Below the pieces are notes generated by a model. The model did no database searches. It was not told the origin of the DNA and saw nothing but the letters and a program-made list of their open reading frames with translations. The position numbers were made by a program, and so were the translations under genes. A stretch of 63,488 bases of DNA from a virus: positions 1 through 63,488 of IMG/VR virus record IMGVR_UViG_3300032144_000008; one strand, given 5' to 3'. Below are positions 10,427-18,564 of the stretch, piece by piece (within the stretch, counting starts at the first letter, position 1; the number at the start of each line of letters is the position of its first letter).

Positions 10427-11034
10427 AAACCAAATTCTCAATCTTAATCTTTCTCTTAATCTTAATCTCTTTTCCCTCCAACGCCGCGATCACCAAATGG
10501 AATAATCTCGACGTGGGTGGTGGAACACTGGCAACCAACGCTGCCGCTACCAACACATTGTTGCAAGGCACGTCCGCTGCGACCGCCAAATGGACGGGTG
10601 GCCCGACCATCACAAACCTCACGACCATCGGCACCGGAGCGAACTACATGGACTCGCTGATCGTGACCAACGTCCTCACGGCGCGGACGAACAACGCGGT
10701 GTTCGATTCGATCAACACCAACTGGGTGATTGGCACGCGCTACACCAATACCGTAGCGGGTGGCTTTGATGCCCGACGAGCCAAGATTGCCTACTCCATT
10801 GAACTCACGGCGGCGGCGGCGGGTACGGCCAAATGCACGCTCTACGTCGAGAAGGTTGGCGTCATCACGAACAAGCTGTCCGTTTCCGCCGGGCCGTTGG
10901 CGTCCCTGATTACTATTGAGCCATTGCTGGACTTTGCTGGTTCAAATGATGTCTGGTATTTCGCCGACGAAACCTCCGGGGCTGGCGCGAGTATTGCGGG
11001 TGCAGCTGGGACAGGCAGTTGGAAAGGCTGGTAA
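10423..11034 (+). CDS. small signal-peptide protein, tail-fibre block
   Basis: Internal ATG at 10423 gives an ATGA overlap with the upstream stop. N-terminus MKTKFSILIFLLILISFPSNA-AI. The track ORF start at 10252 overlaps the upstream gene and looks spurious. Confidence 0.65.
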   Translation: MKTKFSILIFLLILISFPSNAAITKWNNLDVGGGTLATNAAATNTLLQGTSAATAKWTGGPTITNLTTIGTGANYMDSLIVTNVLTARTNNAVFDSINTNWVIGTRYTNTVAGGFDARRAKIAYSIELTAAAAGTAKCTLYVEKVGVITNKLSVSAGPLASLITIEPLLDFAGSNDVWYFADETSGAGASIAGAAGTGSWKGW

Positions 11035-11036
11035 CG

Positions 11037-11774
11037 ATGATCAAATACATTCTCATTCTTTGCGCACTGGCCAGCGGGGTATTTGGCGCTGTTACCATTG
11101 GCGGCAAGGCGTCGTTGAATGGCAAGGCGTCGTTGGCGACGGAGGCGTCAGGTGGCGGTGGGGGTTTCTCGGACGACTTCAACCGCGCGGATGGCGATTC
11201 GCTCGGCGGCAACTGGACGGAGATTGGTGACGTGGATATTGCGAGCAACGCGGCCAATTCCCCACAGACCTTTGACAATAACCTTCGCGGCGCGGCCTAT
11301 ACCGCCACGTCCTGCGGTTCGGTGAATCAATACGTCAAGGTGACACTGACCAGTAATAACTCAGGCGGCAACGTCGCGCCGGGTGTGTTGTTGCGCTATA
11401 CGGACGCCTCGTCACCGTGCTACAATGTTCGGTTCGCGATTGCTTCCGATATTGCCCGTTGGAATCGGCTGGCCACACCGACGCCAACCGGGACCGATGC
11501 AGCGGTTGACAACGATCAATTGACAGTCGCTCCCGGCGATGTCGTTGGAATCACCATCGGCGGCACTGGGGCCTCGACCGTGGTTCGCATCTGGGTCAAC
11601 CCGACTGGTCTCCCAAGCGCGGTGGATAATTGGGACGGCGACACGACGCCCAGTCTTTCGTTGACTGTGGACCCCGGCACTCCGGTTGACACGGGAAACT
11701 ATGTAGGCATTTGCGGGCTTGGTTCCTTGGGCGTGCTGGAATGGGATGATTTTTACGGGGGAGGTTTGCCGTGA
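11037..11774 (+). CDS. signal-peptide protein with LamG/ConA-like jelly-roll motif
   Basis: ATG lies 3 nt after the upstream stop. N-terminus MIKYILILCALASGVFG-AV. Motif FSDDFNRADGDSLGGNWTEIG is typical of LamG-like lectin folds. Confidence 0.65.
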   Translation: MIKYILILCALASGVFGAVTIGGKASLNGKASLATEASGGGGGFSDDFNRADGDSLGGNWTEIGDVDIASNAANSPQTFDNNLRGAAYTATSCGSVNQYVKVTLTSNNSGGNVAPGVLLRYTDASSPCYNVRFAIASDIARWNRLATPTPTGTDAAVDNDQLTVAPGDVVGITIGGTGASTVVRIWVNPTGLPSAVDNWDGDTTPSLSLTVDPGTPVDTGNYVGICGLGSLGVLEWDDFYGGGLP

Positions 11775-13546
11775 GACGCCTGCTCCTGCTCCTGCTCTTA
11801 ATCGTGCTCCACTCGCGGGCCGCCACCATCAACGCGGATAGCGCGTCGCACACCGACGTAACTGCTGCCATCGCCGCAGCCAGCGATGGCGATACCGTTG
11901 TCATTCCCTCTGGCACGGCGCTTTATACTTCCGCGCTCACCTTGACCAAAGCCATCACCCTGCAAGGCGCTGGAATTGGTCAGACGATCATTCAGGACGG
12001 CCTTAGCTCATACGGCGCGTATTTGTTGAACGTCACGCTGGTTGAGGATTTGACGACGCGCATCACCGGCATTGAGTTTGAGGATGGCGCAGGCAGTTAC
12101 GGAGCGGGCCAGGCGAATCGCATTCGCATTTCAGGCACTTCGATTGATGATCGGCGCATCAGGATAGACAACTGCAAATTCGATTCACTGTGCGGACCGG
12201 TCTTCGTGTTCTACACCTGCCTTGGCGTCGTTGACGACAATATCATTCTCGGAAAATCTTCCGGCATTCCCGCGTTTCTTGGACACGTCATCAATTCGAG
12301 TTGGGGGCGCACGGTGGACACTTCCGCTTGGGGCGATGGCGCGTTTACCAATGCGAACGAATTTGGCAGCGAGCGATTCCTGTTTTTTGAGGACAACAAA
12401 ATAACGAATCTCTACGCGGCGTCGGCGTTGACCATGCTGGACGGTCATTCCGGTTCGCGCTACGTCGTACGATCAAATGTTATCCATAAAGGGAGCTTTG
12501 AAATTCACGGGCCAGAAGCGGCGCGCACGCGGGGCGGGCGGGCCTTTGAGGTTTATCGCAACGTCTTGACGAGCGACGGCTCGCGGTCTTCACCGCTTTA
12601 CATGCGCGGCGGCGTCGGCGTCGTTTGGAGCAACGCGATTGACGGCTGGACAACCAGCGCGGTGTTTTCACTTTTGGACAATCGCACCCGCGATAACATT
12701 TTCGCCCCGTTCAACGGCGCGGACGGTCGCAATGGTTGGGACAAGAATAACGTCGGCACTCCGTTTGACACCGGCACCGCGACGAGCGCTGGCACGCTCA
12801 CTGTAACAGCGAGCGCGGAGTCTTGGACGCCCGATGCGTGGATTGGCTACACCGTGCGCCGCACTTCTGGAAAAGCTGTCGCGAGCCTCACACGCAGCGG
12901 TAGCACATGCACTGTCACCAGCACGGGCCACGGATTCAGCACAGGCAACAAGGTTTCCATCTGGGGATCGGATCAATACCCGTTCAACGGCACCAAGAAC
13001 ATCACCGTGACGGGCAGCGACACCTTCACTTTCACCAGCGATTTTCTCCCGGCGGAAACGACGGCGACAGGAACGATCAAATGCGCGCTCGGTCACAACT
13101 TCGCTTTGATTCTGGACAACACCGGCACGCAGTTGACCTTCGCCGACGCGGTGAGTGGCACGGATTACCGATTGATTTTTGCGGCGGCTGACACCTTTGA
13201 AATCAACAAGGTTGACCAGAGCATGGATCAAATCGGCGTCATCGGCGGAACGAGCCTCGACGGCGTGAACGTGCCAACGGCGGTCTGGAGCAACACACAA
13301 ACCGTCTCACCGTGGTATGAGTGGAACAACTACCGGGAAGCCGGCGCGGACGTGGATTTTTCCACCGGCTTTTCCGGCGGTGTGTATCCGACCATCGTCA
13401 GCGGCACTCATTTTCACAACGACACCCCCGCGCCGGGCTACACGCCCTACACCTACCCGCACCCATTGCGCGGGGAAGGCGAAGCGCCAGCCACCTACAA
13501 CCTGAGCGTTGGCACGCTGAATGTGAATAATTTGATTGAACGCTAG
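11771..13546 (+). CDS. signal-peptide right-handed beta-helix protein, putative polysaccharide depolymerase/tailspike-like
   Basis: GTG start in a GTGA overlap. N-terminus MRRLLLLLLLIVLHSRA-AT, followed by INADSASHTDVTAAIAAASDGDTVVIPSGTALYT..ITLQGAG, a pectin-lyase-fold entry motif. Confidence 0.7.
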   Translation: MRRLLLLLLLIVLHSRAATINADSASHTDVTAAIAAASDGDTVVIPSGTALYTSALTLTKAITLQGAGIGQTIIQDGLSSYGAYLLNVTLVEDLTTRITGIEFEDGAGSYGAGQANRIRISGTSIDDRRIRIDNCKFDSLCGPVFVFYTCLGVVDDNIILGKSSGIPAFLGHVINSSWGRTVDTSAWGDGAFTNANEFGSERFLFFEDNKITNLYAASALTMLDGHSGSRYVVRSNVIHKGSFEIHGPEAARTRGGRAFEVYRNVLTSDGSRSSPLYMRGGVGVVWSNAIDGWTTSAVFSLLDNRTRDNIFAPFNGADGRNGWDKNNVGTPFDTGTATSAGTLTVTASAESWTPDAWIGYTVRRTSGKAVASLTRSGSTCTVTSTGHGFSTGNKVSIWGSDQYPFNGTKNITVTGSDTFTFTSDFLPAETTATGTIKCALGHNFALILDNTGTQLTFADAVSGTDYRLIFAAADTFEINKVDQSMDQIGVIGGTSLDGVNVPTAVWSNTQTVSPWYEWNNYREAGADVDFSTGFSGGVYPTIVSGTHFHNDTPAPGYTPYTYPHPLRGEGEAPATYNLSVGTLNVNNLIER

Positions 13547-13552
13547 CAAACG

Positions 13553-13834
13553 ATGGACAGGTCTGTACATGGTTTTAGGGCAAATATGAAAGACACAATC
13601 TCCACCACCGTGATTGCTGCGGCGGCATTTATTACTCAATTCACCAACCTGGATTTATTCTTCAAGGTCTTGGTCGGAGGATTGACGGTTGGGTTTTTAT
13701 CGTTCAAGTTGTGGATGGCAATTTTGAACAACATAGATGCCATTCTGAATCCACGTCAGTACATTGCTGATAGTCGTGCCCGACGAAAACAAGAGCAGTG
13801 GCTCAAGAGCCAAAATGCCGACAACGCTGATTGA
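13553..13834 (+). CDS. small two-TM membrane protein with charged C-terminus (holin-like)
   Basis: Hydrophobic segments TTVIAAAAFITQF and VLVGGLTVGFLSFKLWMAIL, then the tail RARRKQEQWLKSQNADNAD. Lies directly after the fibre block. Confidence 0.55.
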   Translation: MDRSVHGFRANMKDTISTTVIAAAAFITQFTNLDLFFKVLVGGLTVGFLSFKLWMAILNNIDAILNPRQYIADSRARRKQEQWLKSQNADNAD

Positions 13835-14154
13835 TTATGACACCAAAGTGGATCACCAATTTCGTGGACGGACTCAAGAGCCTGGTGAATATTCCTAGCG
13901 TGTGGATTGATGGAGCGTTGTACGTCTGTCTGGCGTTGACGGGATTTTGGATGATTTTTTTTGGCACCGACGAGGCTGCCAAATATGTCGCTCCGACCAT
14001 TCTTTTTTGGTCCAAAGGAGTCATTGGATCCTTGGACGCGGCATTCCTGGCGATGAAGTTATTTCGCAGCAACACCTTTGCGGTACACACCGCTGAGCAG
14101 AAACAGAAAACCGGTAACACTGAGATCCTGCGGAAGCAAACTGAAAATGGTTAA
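13831..14154 (+). CDS. membrane protein (2-3 TM), second holin/antiholin-like candidate
   Basis: TTG start in a TTGA overlap (alternative ATG at 13837). Hydrophobic segments ALYVCLALTGFWMIFFG and VAPTILFWSKGVIGSLDAAFLAM. Confidence 0.55.
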   Translation: MIMTPKWITNFVDGLKSLVNIPSVWIDGALYVCLALTGFWMIFFGTDEAAKYVAPTILFWSKGVIGSLDAAFLAMKLFRSNTFAVHTAEQKQKTGNTEILRKQTENG

Positions 14155-14167
14155 CCTAAATCCAAAC

Positions 14168-14578
14168 ATGAAAAAGATCCTTGCCATTATTGCCAGCGCC
14201 AGCTTGTTGTGCGGCTGCACCACCACCCCGCAACAAACTCAAATTGAACAGTTGGCGGCGGACCTGCGCGACATCACCGAGGCTACGGTGATCATTGCGC
14301 TGGCCGAGAAGCCCGACAACCGCGACGAGCTCTTGCTGGTGTTGGGCAAGCTCAAGGCGTTGGAAGCGTTGCCGGATCCCATCACGCTGACCTCGTTGCG
14401 CAGCCTGTTGATGGAGTTGCCGCTGGACCGGCTGGAGTCGGACAAGGGACAACTCTACATCATCGGTGCTCGGGTCATATTGCGCCGGGTGGGTTATGAA
14501 GTTGACCTGGGATCGCTGACCACAGTTCGACCAATTGTGGTTGCGTTGCGCGAAGGTTTGGAAGCGGGGTTGAAGTGA
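14168..14578 (+). CDS. lipoprotein (lipobox-like LLCGC)
   Basis: Internal ATG gives MKKILAIIASASLLCGCTT. The region upstream of this ATG in the track ORF overlaps the previous gene. Confidence 0.6.
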   Translation: MKKILAIIASASLLCGCTTTPQQTQIEQLAADLRDITEATVIIALAEKPDNRDELLLVLGKLKALEALPDPITLTSLRSLLMELPLDRLESDKGQLYIIGARVILRRVGYEVDLGSLTTVRPIVVALREGLEAGLK

Positions 14579-14871
14579 AGCGGCTCCTGTTGGTCGCAAC
14601 GTTGTCGCTCGTGTGCGGCTGTCAGAGCTACCGTGAACGATTCATTTACTTCGGGGCGGACGGCTCAACCAATCACGTGGTGGACGTTTCCTTCAAATCT
14701 TGCCTGATGATGGGCAAGGCGGCTAAATTGCGGACCGAGACCCAGACCGGGGAGTTTATCCGTTCCGTCAACGCCGACGGTCTGGAGGTCAAACCGGACG
14801 CTGAATCAGTCAAAGCCATCACTCAAGGGGTGACCGAAGCCCTGCTCAAGAGCCTCAAGCCTGTGCCTTAA
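14575..14871 (+). CDS. lipoprotein (lipobox-like LVCGC)
   Basis: GTG start in a GTGA overlap. N-terminus MKRLLLVATLSLVCGCQS. Confidence 0.6.
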   Translation: MKRLLLVATLSLVCGCQSYRERFIYFGADGSTNHVVDVSFKSCLMMGKAAKLRTETQTGEFIRSVNADGLEVKPDAESVKAITQGVTEALLKSLKPVP

Positions 14872-14901
14872 CAGCTTGTTTTCAATGGGTTCCGCCCTGT
14901 T

Positions 14902-15009
14902 TGAAAATAGTTGAAGATTTTTCTTTCCTTTTGCCCAACCGTCAGGCAGAGTTAAGTCACGGTCAGGGGCGAAGAGTCTGAGACCGAGAAAAGAAAGAAC
15001 GCTAAAATG
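14902..15009 (+). promoter_or_regulatory. copy 1 of a four-copy promoter/leader repeat
   Basis: Shares tgaaaatagttgaag ... ccgtcaggca ... gaaagaacgctaaaATGaa with 18565-18671, 27933-28031 and 37370-37473. Ends at the start codon of the downstream gene. Confidence 0.6.
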
Positions 15010-15417
15010 AACGCTAAAGAATCCGAAACCCTTCAACCGAATCACGCCACTTGGGCAATTTTGTCCGAAGTGTTCAAGCCGAATGGTGACGCCAATGCGG
15101 TAATGTACGCCGCGCACCGTTTGCAACAATTGGTTGGCGAAGACCCCGACGCTCCGATCAAACCCGGCAAGCGAAGCGTTATTATTACCACCAACGGCGG
15201 GCATTGGGGGCGCGGAAACTCCATCAAGACGGCTGCTGAAACGTGTGTCAAGGCCGGTGCATCCAAATCCGAGCGAGCCTGCGTGATGCTGGTTCTGAAC
15301 GACGACGCCCCAGAAGTGAATCAGGGCGGAATGGTGATCAGTAATTGCGACTCAGCCCAATTGAACATTGGCTGTGTTGGAACGATTGGTGGAATTTTGA
15401 ATGCCAACAAGAATTGA
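15007..15417 (+). CDS. hypothetical early protein (first gene after repeat copy 1)
   Basis: The ATG is embedded in the conserved leader. 136 aa with protein-like composition. Confidence 0.6.
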   Translation: MNAKESETLQPNHATWAILSEVFKPNGDANAVMYAAHRLQQLVGEDPDAPIKPGKRSVIITTNGGHWGRGNSIKTAAETCVKAGASKSERACVMLVLNDDAPEVNQGGMVISNCDSAQLNIGCVGTIGGILNANKN

Positions 15418-15482
15418 CCTCGCACTCCACCCGGCTGCGGCAGGGGTGGACTGCGAAGCCAAACACGGCTCGCACAACCAAA

Positions 15483-15797
15483 ATGAAGAACGCTATGAAA
15501 ACTGAATTAAAATTCCAGGCCAAGCGGTCTGACGCAGGAAACTGGTTCGTCTGCAAAGACGGTCGCACCTTTTGCGAAATCACCCACATTTGTGGCGACC
15601 CTGAATTGAACGCACACCTTGTTGCCAAGCAACTCAACGAACACACCGCGCTGGTGGCGGTGGCAGAGGCAGCAGCAAACTTGGCGCACGAGTGTGTTCC
15701 AAACAGCGACAAAAACATGCCGCGTCTGAGAGAATTTTGGGCGGCGCAAGCAACACTTCATGCTCTTCGCAATGAACAATCTCCCACGGCGTCTTAA
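15483..15797 (+). CDS. hypothetical protein
   Basis: Internal ATG (MKNAMKTELKF...). The start context aaATGAAGAACGCTATGAAA resembles the conserved leader end. Confidence 0.55.
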   Translation: MKNAMKTELKFQAKRSDAGNWFVCKDGRTFCEITHICGDPELNAHLVAKQLNEHTALVAVAEAAANLAHECVPNSDKNMPRLREFWAAQATLHALRNEQSPTAS

Positions 15798-15819
15798 TTA
15801 GCGTTCTGCCGACCGTGGC

Positions 15820-15856
15820 GCGGCAGCCCGAAAGCTCTCTGCTTGGAGGCTGCCGC
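15820..15856 (+). terminator. strong hairpin after the 15483..15797 gene (candidate terminator)
   Basis: gcggcagcc (15820-28) pairs perfectly with ggctgccgc (15848-56). An inner aagc/gctt helix extends it. There is no clear U-tract. Confidence 0.45.
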
Positions 15857-16084
15857 AACTGAATTTGAAATATGAAATTATGAGCGCGTGGCAGGCTGCA
15901 CCATTTGACGGCAACGATAGCGATAAAACAAATTGGAGGACACGCCTCCTGGCGAGATGCGTTATGACAAATTGTCGAGTGTCAACCCTTGAGGGTCGGA
16001 AGTCGGTAAGGTTTGTTCGCGGTGACTCGTTGTCGTCATTTATTTTGTAAGTCAACCAAACAACCCAAAGAGAAAGGTCAGTCA

Positions 16085-16729
16085 ATGAAATGGCGTGAAG
16101 GTGGTGGTCAGTTCGAGCAAATCCCTCCGGGGTCTCATCTTGCTCGGTGTTACGGGGTCGTAGATCTTGGCACCCAGCAGAAAACTTTCCAGAACGAAGT
16201 TCATCTGGAACGACAAGTTCAAATCTCATTTGAGCTGCCAATGCTCAAAATGGAAGGCAAGTATGATCCCAAGGCCAAGGGCAAACCCATGATGGCCAGC
16301 CGCAAGTTCAAGCAGAGCCTGCACCAGAAGGCCAATCTCAGGAAGTTCTTGGAAGGCTGGCGCGGGCGGGCATTCAAGCCGGGTGAAGCCGAACAATTCG
16401 ATCCCAAGAAGCTGCCGGGGCTGCCCTGCCGGGTCAATGTGGTGGAGAGCCAGGACGGCACGCGCACCTTCATTGACAGCATTGCGCCGCTGGGCAAAGG
16501 GGAGAAGATCCCCAAACAGATCAACCCGTCCGTTTACTTCAGCTTGGATCCGGAGGAGTTTGACCCGGCGACGTTCGACAAGTTGAGCAACGGACTCAAG
16601 GAGCGCATCGCCAAGTCGCCAGAGTTCATTGCGCTGGAGAACGGCGGTGCGGGTGAAGAAGCCCAAGGGGATGCTCCGGCGGAAGGTGGCGAAGCTGGCG
16701 AACCGGGCAACGACGACGCGCCGTTCTGA
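16085..16729 (+). CDS. single-stranded DNA-binding-like protein (DUF669/gp2.5-like) with acidic C-terminal tail
   Basis: Starts MKWREGGGQFEQIPPGSHLARCYGVVDLGTQ. The C-terminus EEAQGDAPAEGGEAGEPGNDDAPF ends in an acidic ..DDxPF tail like bacterial and T7-type SSBs. Confidence 0.6.
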   Translation: MKWREGGGQFEQIPPGSHLARCYGVVDLGTQQKTFQNEVHLERQVQISFELPMLKMEGKYDPKAKGKPMMASRKFKQSLHQKANLRKFLEGWRGRAFKPGEAEQFDPKKLPGLPCRVNVVESQDGTRTFIDSIAPLGKGEKIPKQINPSVYFSLDPEEFDPATFDKLSNGLKERIAKSPEFIALENGGAGEEAQGDAPAEGGEAGEPGNDDAPF

Positions 16730-16739
16730 ACAATTTGTG

Positions 16740-16842
16740 GGCACAACAGGACCAACAGAGTTTATCGGTAGAAGTCCGAAGTGGACGGCCAACGTAATAG
16801 TGAGCCTGAAAGATTGAAGTTCCCAACTCTGCCTGTTGTGCC
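16740..16842 (+). other. long-range interrupted 18-bp stem enclosing ~60 nt (structured intergenic element)
   Basis: ggcacaacagg (16740-50) pairs with cctgttgtgcc (16832-42). cagagtt (16756-62) pairs with aactctg (16825-31). Both helices are perfect. Confidence 0.35.
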
Positions 16843-16863
16843 TGCAGCTTAATTCAACCCAAA

Positions 16864-17616
16864 ATGAAACTTATCAAATTCTTCAAAGAGTCCCTCAAGC
16901 TGCCAACCTTGTTGGGCGTAACGTCTGAAGCTGAGGAGGAACGCCAGGAGCTCTCCCTAAACCTGCGAGCCATCACCAAGGTGACGAATGCCACCGAACA
17001 GACCGCTGCGGTGACGGTAGCCAGAGACGTTCAAACCTATGTCAAAGCGGTCAAGGACAAGGGGCTGGAATTTCGTCGCCCCATCAACGACTTTGTTTCG
17101 TTGGTCAAGCAGACCGAGGACAATCACCTAGCCCCATTACTGGTGGAGCAGGAACGTATCAAGAAGCTGTGCGCCAACTTCCAGGAAAAGGAAGCGAGAC
17201 GAGTGGCCAAGGAAGAGGAAGAGCAAGCCGAGCTCCGTGAGAAGGCCGAGCGCGAACGGCAAGCCCTGGAAGAGAAGGCTCGCCAAGCCGCCATCAAAGC
17301 TGCTGCCACCGGCAAGGCCAACGACGAGAAGAAAGCTGCCGCCGTTCAAGCCGCTGCCGAGGCTGCTGAACAAGCGGCTCAAGCCACCATGGTGTTGCCG
17401 TTGCCCGAGAAGGCGCGTGACACCGGCATGAGCGTCAAGCGGGTGCTCAAGTGGGAAGTCACCGACATTCGTGCTCTTGCGGCCGCACGACCGGATCTCG
17501 TAAAAATGGAGCCAAAGGGGTCAGCCATTCAAGCGGTGTGCATTCCTGAAATGCCCAACAAGCCACCGGGACTGAAGCTGTGGTGGGAGAATCAAACTAT
17601 TTTCTCAAAACGATAA
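16864..17616 (+). CDS. coiled-coil Glu/Lys/Ala-rich protein, function unknown (recombination or replication accessory possible)
   Basis: 250 aa. The central stretch EKEARRVAKEEEEQAELREKAERERQALEEKARQAAIKAAA suggests a long helix. Confidence 0.6.
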   Translation: MKLIKFFKESLKLPTLLGVTSEAEEERQELSLNLRAITKVTNATEQTAAVTVARDVQTYVKAVKDKGLEFRRPINDFVSLVKQTEDNHLAPLLVEQERIKKLCANFQEKEARRVAKEEEEQAELREKAERERQALEEKARQAAIKAAATGKANDEKKAAAVQAAAEAAEQAAQATMVLPLPEKARDTGMSVKRVLKWEVTDIRALAAARPDLVKMEPKGSAIQAVCIPEMPNKPPGLKLWWENQTIFSKR

Positions 17617-17625
17617 GTGATTTGT

Positions 17626-17761
17626 GAGCACGTGGCGGAACGGTGTAGCCGAACAGACTCAGGAGCGAAAGCTAGGGTCGTCGTTCCAATGCCTTGAAAG
17701 AGTTATTAGCGTGACAAGCTGAGTCCGCGAGAAACTAGCTGGTTAAAATCCAGCCGTGCTA
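17626..17761 (+). ncRNA. tRNA-like structured RNA candidate (acceptor-like, D-arm-like and T-arm-like helices around an ~85-nt core)
   Basis: agcacg (17627-32) pairs with cgtgct (17755-60). T-arm-like gctgg-ttaaaat-ccagc lies at 17738-54. The 5' end gagcacgtggcggaacgg parallels the tRNA at 28578. The T-loop is non-canonical and no clean anticodon arm was found. Confidence 0.25.
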
Positions 17762-17781
17762 ATCAAATTGAAAGTACAAAT

Positions 17782-17985
17782 GTGAATCTTTACCTCTGGA
17801 TTCTCCTTGTTCTCCTTTGTGCCCTAGCCGTCCCAGTCATTTGGGCCGGAGTCAGCCGGTGTCCCAAGTGTCACGGTTTCTGCGAGGACGAGGAAGCCTG
17901 CCAACTCAAGATTCAAACCGACCAACAACACGAAACCGAAAGACAAACCCATGGCCAAAAAGAAAACGACGATTCAGCCGCGTGA
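17782..17985 (+). CDS. small N-terminally membrane-anchored Cys-containing protein
   Basis: GTG start. Sequence LYLWILLVLLCALAVPVIWAGV followed by CPKCHGFCEDEEAC. Confidence 0.45.
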   Translation: MNLYLWILLVLLCALAVPVIWAGVSRCPKCHGFCEDEEACQLKIQTDQQHETERQTHGQKENDDSAA

Positions 17986-18388
17986 AGGCACCAAGGTCCG
18001 CACACGCATCAAACATTTGTTCACCCCAGAGGAAAAGGATGAACGAATCAAGGAGCTCACCCGCACCATGCGCGAGGTGGAACTGAAACAAGAGCAGTTG
18101 AAGTCTGCCAACGCCACCGCCAAAGCGGAAATCCGCTTCTTGCTGGCTGGCGTCACAGACCTACGAAACCAACTGGAGGACGGAGGACAGCCGATTGAAG
18201 TGGACGCCATCAAGGTGGTGGACCGGAAGGAGGGGACAAAATCCCTGTATCGTTTCTGTCCCGGCCAACCGGGTCACGACGAGTTCTTGAGCAAGGCCAA
18301 CTTGACGGAGGAAGAGTTTTCCGAGTTGCCCGGCATCCTACCTGACCCGGTTCAGCGGGACGACGACCCGGCTCACCCCCAGGAATGA
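17951..18388 (+). CDS. hypothetical protein
   Basis: 145-aa ORF with protein-like, partly coiled-coil composition. Confidence 0.55.
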   Translation: MAKKKTTIQPREGTKVRTRIKHLFTPEEKDERIKELTRTMREVELKQEQLKSANATAKAEIRFLLAGVTDLRNQLEDGGQPIEVDAIKVVDRKEGTKSLYRFCPGQPGHDEFLSKANLTEEEFSELPGILPDPVQRDDDPAHPQE

Positions 18389-18396
18389 CCGTTTCA

Positions 18397-18427
18397 GCCG
18401 GGGTGGAGGCTTTCCAAACACCCCGGC
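18397..18427 (+). terminator. 9-bp perfect hairpin downstream of the stop codon
   Basis: gccggggtg (18397-405) pairs with caccccggc (18419-27). No U-tract. Confidence 0.35.
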
Positions 18428-18564
18428 AAACGTCGCTGCAAGGCCAAGGCGTGGTTTTTATCGGTTGGACGGAAGGCGGGAGGGGCAAGTTTTCGGGGTG
18501 AATTTGTTAAAATTGACCTTGTTAGTTGAAGTCCAACAACTTACAAAAGAGCAGCTGTTTCAAA

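Noticed and set aside
15865-16050. 61-aa + ORF in the 287-nt gap before the SSB-like gene
   Set aside because: It has no coupling, no SD-like sequence, a Cys/Arg-rich composition, and two competing ATGs. It may be real, but I cannot support it. The gap may instead hold a promoter for the SSB operon downstream of the 15820-56 hairpin.
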